A DNA stretch of 53,858 nucleotides, taken from Conidiobolus incongruus B7586. Lineage: Eukaryota. Below the pieces are notes generated by a model. It saw nothing but the letters and a program-made list of their open reading frames with translations, had not been told where the DNA came from and searched no databases. The stretch covers positions 1 to 53,858 of the forward strand of contig JNEM01007793.1 in NCBI GenBank assembly GCA_000697335.1. The letters are read 5' to 3'. Shown here piece by piece: positions 47,600 to 53,858 of this stretch (position 1 is the stretch's first letter; each line of letters opens with the position of its first letter). The position numbers and the translations under genes are program-made.

Positions 47600-48423
47600 G
47601 CTAGCTCAGTTATTGAATAAAAACTCACTAAATTTCCACCAGTTCTCCAAGTTCTTCCGTAAACCTCTAAGTTGATATTAGTATATTCATATTTCATAAA
47701 ATCAACCTGAGCCATAATTATTTCAGCTCCCAGTGCTTCATTTTAATTTTAGTAGCATCACTGACAGCTAATTTTCGAGCAGCTTTTTTGATTGGAGAAT
47801 TGGGATTAACCATAAAGGGCAACAGCTTAGCCAGAGATGCTGAATTAGTATGACTATTAGTTGAAGGTGTGTTGACATCATGAAATTCTGATGCCTTAGA
47901 TCCTCACATAATTTTGGCATTGCGATAAGTAAAACAACTTGTGATTTCTATCATGTGTGGCAATTATGAAAATAGGATGTTTGAGGTATCATACGAAAAT
48001 GTAATCTTTTCTGAGGATTGATTAAGACTACCAGTTATTGGAACATCATCATACAAATTCGAATTCCGCTTAAGTGTCTCTTTGTTGCTAATATAGAAAT
48101 AGGATTCAGTACTATATTACACTTTTGAACTCTTTTCATAAAATTTGGCTAAGTTTTCTATACTTAGGATCTACTCTAGTAATGATTATATTCAAGATAA
48201 ACTCACGAGTTATTACGTGATAACAACACTTAGATTCACCACCATCAAGGATATGAGGTTGATGCTCAATTATTTGTTTTTATTTATTTTGATCAATAAC
48301 CTATTCTTAAGTAATAGCTCTAACTGTGGGACAACTTCTTCATGTCATAGAACACCATTGAGGGTGACCTTATACTTTTCTTGTGTATGTGGTTTCATTT
48401 TTCAAAATCGGAATATCCTCCAT
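47600..48423 (-). pseudogene. Decayed coding-like sequence of unknown origin (possibly a transposase relic)
   Basis: A higher-GC block with long stop-poor stretches on the minus strand (e.g. KETLKRNSNLYDDVPITGSLNQSSEKITFSYDTSNILFS). The 5' part has a W-C...C...H-x2-H pattern weakly like FLYWCH/WRKY zinc fingers. Confidence 0.25.
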
Positions 48424-49433
48424 TAAGTTCGACTACTTACATTTGAGAAATATAGTAATCAATGTACTCACTTTTTCTTAGTTAAAATTGTATTGGAATG
48501 TGTTGACTAAATTGTTAAAGCTTTCTATTTGGTATAGCTGAAATGGGATGCTATCAGATATATTTAATTATTTTGAAATTAATATTGATCCATTATAGAG
48601 AAATGGTTATTTACATATCATATATAACGTATGGTGCATCGTATCTATTATAAAATTGGAATATCTTTAAATATTCTGCAAATTTAAATTATCAATGAAA
48701 TTTGACTATTGGCACAGTAGTTAAATTTATTTTCACAATCAAAATTCAAATTCAAATTCAAATTTGTAGGAAACTAAAACTTGAAATGAAAAATTATATT
48801 GTTTTTCAGTAAATATAGCATAGGTGGTGCCTATCACCTGAATAACTTGATTTTTGTAATATTTATTGAATAAATGAGCTGTTTATAATAAAATCAACTC
48901 AATCTGTGGTTAACCTGCTAGTGGGATACTTATATAATATTTATGAATAGTAAAATTAATTGAAAAATTTTTCAATAATTAAATATTGTATTAAAATATT
49001 ATAGATTGTCATATTATAAGTATTGTGTGTTAATAAATTACTACATTTATTAACAAAATAGAATAAATATTCAATTTAGAGTTATTTGTAATTTGTGAAT
49101 TAGTATTGACCTAATTTATTTTTCTCAACTAAAGTTTAAAAAATAATACTAAATTGAGAAATTCTATAGTTAAATAACAAACTAAAAATATTGGTAATTG
49201 AACTTAAATCATCAGTTTTAGATATTGGATAAATATAATAATTATGAACTTTAAAGAATATTTGTTTTTGGATATTTTAATAATTGGTTTATATTAATTA
49301 TTCTCAATATCATTAATCAAAATTTTATATTATTATTAATATAATTAATTTAAAAATAAATTAATAAATATTTATAAAATTAATTAAAAATAAATATTAT
49401 CTTATTAATAATCAATATAAAACTGAATCATAA

Positions 49434-50630
49434 CTAATTGTTGAGTTGTTGGAACTCTTCATAAAATACTTTCAACAAATCTAAAGCTCTACCGAAACCT
49501 GGTGGCGTAAATTGACTCCCATTGGTGACATAAGCGAAGGTAAATTCGAATTCGGGATGGAAGATGACTAAACTACCGCCAGCTCCTGCACCTCCATATA
49601 CTTCTAAATTGCAATCGGGATAGATGAACTTAATAAGGCCACTCTTGGTGAGCGTGGTGGAGATATTTACAGCTTCATCATTGAGTGTTAAGGGATCTTC
49701 GAGCATTAATTTTCTGGTCTTTTCAGAGATGACAGATTGGTTACTGATTACTTGGGACAAGATTTTGGCTAGTGCAGTGGCAGTAGTGTGGCCATTTCCG
49801 GATGGCATTTCAACAATATGAATATCGGGATGGTTGGCGGGTTCAACTTTAGATCCACGATACAAGGGCAAGTTCATAGATTTAGCAATCAAGGGGAATG
49901 CTTTAGTCAAATCGGTGTAGGAGGGAGGTGAATCAGAAGATGAATCAGTACTGTTCTTGGGCTGCCAGACAGATTTAGGATCTTGGTACCAAACAGCCTT
50001 TCTCTTCAATGCTTCATCATCCCTAATACCATAGTAGAATTCAACACCTAACTTGTCAGTGAATTCTTCCTTCAAAATTTGGCCAATAGTTCTTTTCTTG
50101 GGATCGACTCTAGTTGCAATGCCATTCAAAATAAAACCTTGCATAGCGGCATGGTAGCAACGCTTGGGCTCTCCACCAAAGGCATGAGGCTGTTCAGCAA
50201 GTCTCTTGTACAGTTTTTCAGGATTGACCAATTCGTCGTATTCCAAGGGGGGTTCTACCCAAGGAACACCAGCTTGATGACGCATGACATCCTTGATTAA
50301 TACATTCTCCTTATTACCTTGGGCGAATTCGGGCCAGTATTTGCTGACTGGAGCATCATAATCCAACAATCCTTTATCTACCAAGTAAGCGATGACGACT
50401 AAAGTAATTGCTTTGGAGCTGGAGAACACAGCTTGCAAAGTGTTTTTGGTATAGGGTGTCTTCGCCTCGTAGTCGGCATATCCTCCACTCATCTCTAAAA
50501 TTACCTTGTCCTTGTGGATCACGGTAACGGAAGCACCAACATCAATACCAGTTTCGAAATGCGATTTAAACTTTTCAACTACTTTGGGGAATTGTTCAGC
50601 TTGATAAAGTTGATAAGGGATATTTGTCAT
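49434..50630 (-). CDS. Beta-lactamase-fold serine hydrolase/esterase (398 aa)
   Basis: Motifs GASVTV, SxxK in VFSSSK, GLLDYDAPVSKYWPEFAQGNKE, MRHQAG, catalytic Tyr in CYH, MPSGNG, GAGGS and FAYVTN. Single exon. Confidence 0.9.
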   Translation of the reverse strand: MTNIPYQLYQAEQFPKVVEKFKSHFETGIDVGASVTVIHKDKVILEMSGGYADYEAKTPYTKNTLQAVFSSSKAITLVVIAYLVDKGLLDYDAPVSKYWPEFAQGNKENVLIKDVMRHQAGVPWVEPPLEYDELVNPEKLYKRLAEQPHAFGGEPKRCYHAAMQGFILNGIATRVDPKKRTIGQILKEEFTDKLGVEFYYGIRDDEALKRKAVWYQDPKSVWQPKNSTDSSSDSPPSYTDLTKAFPLIAKSMNLPLYRGSKVEPANHPDIHIVEMPSGNGHTTATALAKILSQVISNQSVISEKTRKLMLEDPLTLNDEAVNISTTLTKSGLIKFIYPDCNLEVYGGAGAGGSLVIFHPEFEFTFAYVTNGSQFTPPGFGRALDLLKVFYEEFQQLNN

Positions 50631-52734
50631 ATTTTTTTAATCAGATTTAATTTAGTGACGTTTGTTATTAATTGTTTTTATTTAATAATAGTTTTATTCA
50701 GCCCAATCATCTATTTATATACTCATAAATTCGTAATTATAAATTAATTCAGTATTTAATTCAACCCAAATAAAATCCACTGATCAATAATTTGTTCTTG
50801 ATATACCATGTAATCACTTGTTAGAAATCTCAAATCATACGAAATTTGATTTGAGATCCATTTTGTTTCATCAAGTTATTTGGATTAAAATTCCTTAATT
50901 TAGTCATAAACTTGACATGAAAGTTACAGATGCCTTTTTAAGTCTATAAAGTCTAAAAATTCTTTAAACTTATCGGTAGAATTAGCAATTAGGTAATGGC
51001 ATATTTATATAATCTTGATATTTTTGAAAGATATATATTTTCAATAATGAAAAGAAATAGATTTGATAAATTACATCTGTAAAAATTTGTAAAATATAAG
51101 CGCTAATTTAAACAAATTTGTAAATATTTTTGATCATTGTTAATTAAAAGTAAATAATAGGTCTAAATAAACATTTGCTTAATTAATTTTATGATATTAT
51201 ATTATTGATTAAATGAATAATTAATATAAATTCATTCTAATTTATGTGTTTATAAGAATGATTCATTCCAAATTCTTTGACCCTAACAGTCCCGAATTAA
51301 TTAATCCAATATAATTGAGAAGGTTTAAAATGACATCATCAGTTAATAAATATTTTTATTCCTTAAAATATGAATATTTATTAAAACATTGATTTCCATT
51401 AATGAAATTCAGTCTCTTGTAATAAATTCAATGAATTTAACCTAAATCAATGGTATTCTTTATGATTGTTATATTTAGGCTATAATGAATTAAAATGCTA
51501 TGATTGATAATACTCTAATAATGTAATAATTATTAAATTTTGAAAATTGCTAAATAATAATCATATAATTTGAATTTAATCAAATAATAAATATACTATT
51601 TTCCGTTTATTTATCGTTAGATTAATCATTTTTTCACATTCCTTAATTTCAGGGTAGAAGGTTGCATATTTCAGTCCCGATCATTCCCGTAGATTAATAT
51701 AAATATTTTTAGAAATAGATAAATTGTATTTTGTTAATAATTAACGAATAATATATCATTTTTGTGAATATTTAAATATTATGAAATTATATTGATAGTC
51801 ATCCATTAAAATTTATCAAATTAAATAAAAATTTAGTATTAATTCTATTATGTTTATATATTTATGAGAAATATTAATTAGGGCTAATTTTCAGAAAAAT
51901 TATATTTATATTAATTTTAGATTATTACAAATTATTTGAAAATTTATTAATGGTATTCAATTATCTTTGAATTCATATTGACATTTTATTAAATTTGAAT
52001 TAGATATTCTTTAGAACTAATCATAATCAAGTTGCCATTGAATCATTATTTTTGTATTATTATATTTTAAACAATTAATATTGAATTAATGATAATCAGC
52101 TTCTCAGGAAACTGTTAATTTTCATCAAAAAAATAAAAGTGATTATATTAAAGAATCCGATATAAATTTTTGCAATACATAATTGGTTGAAATATTTTTT
52201 GAATCATTAAAATTTATCGAAAAAATCATATTAAATAAATTGATAATTATACTTGAAATCAGGTTGATATAAATGAAGTTACAATACCTTGTGAAACTTT
52301 TCAATACAATTGATACAGTGTATAGTATTGAACATTTTATATGGTTATATAAGTGGATATTAATCCTAAATATATCTCACAAATCCAATTCTATAAAAAT
52401 TCAATGTTCAAAATGGCAATTTTAACGTTCAAGGTATGAAACTTGAATTTCTTATTTATTAAACAATTATAATGTGAAAATATTTAAACCTTGCATTTTT
52501 TTAATAATTTTTTGATGTAATTTTAATTTATCATTCATTATTATTAATTATTAAATAATTTATAAAGTTAAATAATAGGAAATTTCCAGAAAACTCCGGA
52601 ATAGATCAATAATGTAAAAAACAAATAAATGCATAATATCTAATCAAAATATTATTAACATTGAATAAATCATAAACTATAAGGTTTCTTTTAATACATT
52701 CTTTAGTTAACTCCATTTAGAATTATTTAATTAT

Positions 52735-53181
52735 CATTATATTAGCTTATTTTTCTCTTGTTTCCTTTCTTAACCAATTGATTAAATTATTGATAGATTC
52801 CAATAATTCATAACTTTGTCCTCCAGATTTTTTTGCTTCTATCAATCCGTGACATAGGGAAATATCAACTCAGCTTTTGGGTCCAAAATAAAGACTACCA
52901 CAGTTATCAGTGCCTCTGTATAGTTTCAAATTCAATTCAGGAAGATACAATGGATTATGCCATCTTGTATAAGAATGTTATTTAAAGTTCAAACTTTGTT
53001 GTACAATGTAAAATCATTATCTAGCATTAATTGTCATGTTGATACAGAAATCAAAAATCTGTAACTAAGGATCAATGATATTATTTTGAGGTGTAATTTT
53101 GTAGTTGGATATCCAAAGATAGTATTTCAATTTTGTGGATTTCCCAAGTATTGGCAGAAACTGCATTAGAATCCAAAGCTA
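52735..53181 (-). pseudogene. Decayed coding-like fragment abutting the terminal mariner
   Basis: A higher-GC block with protein-like pieces (YTRWHNPLYLPELNLKLYRGTDNCGSLYFGP and SRIDRSKKSGGQSYELLESINNLINWLRKETRENK) that ends at the TA where the mariner begins. The family was not recognised. Confidence 0.25.
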
Positions 53182-53858
53182 TTATTATAGAAATTAAGAA
53201 ATGGCAAATTTTTTAATTTCTAATCTTTTAAATATATTATAAATTTTGAAAGATTATTTATATATAAAATATATAGGAAAATTAATATTTTCATACTATA
53301 TATATATATTCAATTTTAATTATTTTTTTATTAAAATATTTGAATTTAAAATTTATAATTAAATTTAATTATAATTAAATTAGATAGTAATTATCTAATG
53401 GTTTTTATTTTTATATTTTCTAAATTTAGTTATAAACCTATTATATTATTTAAAACTTGCAAATAACTTATAAAGATGATGTTTTATTTAAAACTACTAT
53501 ATATTAATAAATATATGATTTCAAAGCTAGAAAGAACAATATTCAAAATTTACCAATATTTAAAAAAATTAATTTTTATTGTTTTTTTTCACTTATTAAT
53601 ATAATAAAAAATATATTAATAAATATTATTTTATTTTAATTAAATAATTATTAAAGTAACTTAATATTAATTTTATAATTATATTATATATACTTAAGTT
53701 TAAATTTAAATTTTATAATAAAAATATAAAATAAATATTTTATATTTAATAAAAGCTTAAAAAATGATTAAAATAATTATAATTAAATTAAACTTATTAA
53801 AATATAATTAAAAACAAAGGTTCTTACAATAAACTCTTATAATTAATTAATTTTAAAT
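53182..53858 (+). mobile_element. Heavily decayed mariner copy (5' TIR and HTH region) running off the window end
   Basis: After TA at 53180-53181, the sequence ttattatagaaattaagaaatggcaaattttttaatttctaatc aligns with the reverse complement of 6610 downward. Similarity continues through tagtaattatc, tataaacc, attatttaaaacttgcaaataacttt and tttcaaagctagaaagaacaatattcaaaa. Confidence 0.75.

Noticed and set aside
49434..50630. Bacterial horizontal transfer or antibiotic resistance role for the beta-lactamase-like gene
   Set aside because: The family is widespread in fungi, and other native genes here (RSE1, BPL1) are also intronless. A phylogeny would be needed.
2707..50747. Short ORF-track entries antisense or out-of-frame within real genes, and ORF ends that read into introns
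   Set aside because: They are shadow ORFs or intron read-through, with no recognisable motifs.
1..53858. CRISPR arrays, rRNA genes or a biosynthetic gene cluster
   Set aside because: There are no spaced direct repeats, rRNA sequence or backbone enzymes, and neighbouring genes are functionally unrelated.

Overview
AT-rich eukaryotic DNA, almost certainly fungal. The short (~50-80 nt) introns, the gene set and the very AT-rich intergenic DNA suggest an early-diverging fungus, possibly Conidiobolus-like/Entomophthoromycotina; this is inference only. There are 13 protein genes: a uridine kinase-UPRT fusion, a RasGAP-like/VPS9-like/SEL1-like protein, a cystathionine beta-lyase-like enzyme, adenylosuccinate synthetase, a 7TM GPCR-like protein, a small PY-motif membrane protein, an ABHD11-like hydrolase, CENP-C/Mif2, biotin ligase, Rse1/SF3B3, a PP4R1-like HEAT protein, a Sir2 deacetylase and a beta-lactamase-fold hydrolase. 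RNA genes are two tRNAs (Lys-CTT, Gly-TCC), a decayed tRNA-Pro and one stand-alone box C/D snoRNA. Mobile DNA missed by the ORF track includes a nested cluster of DD34D mariner relics (one full-length, 1287 bp), further copies at the window ends, a 256-bp TA-flanked MITE and some retroelement-like relics. Most notable: (1) the snoRNA at 24040-24185 appears to combine an snR4-type two-part guide flanking the 18S helix-34 ac4C site with an snR52-type 2'-O-methylation guide for 18S A420; (2) animal-type DD34D mariners are decayed mostly by C>T/G>A transitions (RIP-like or methylation-driven). Exon boundaries were read by eye and rRNA/consensus comparisons are from memory.
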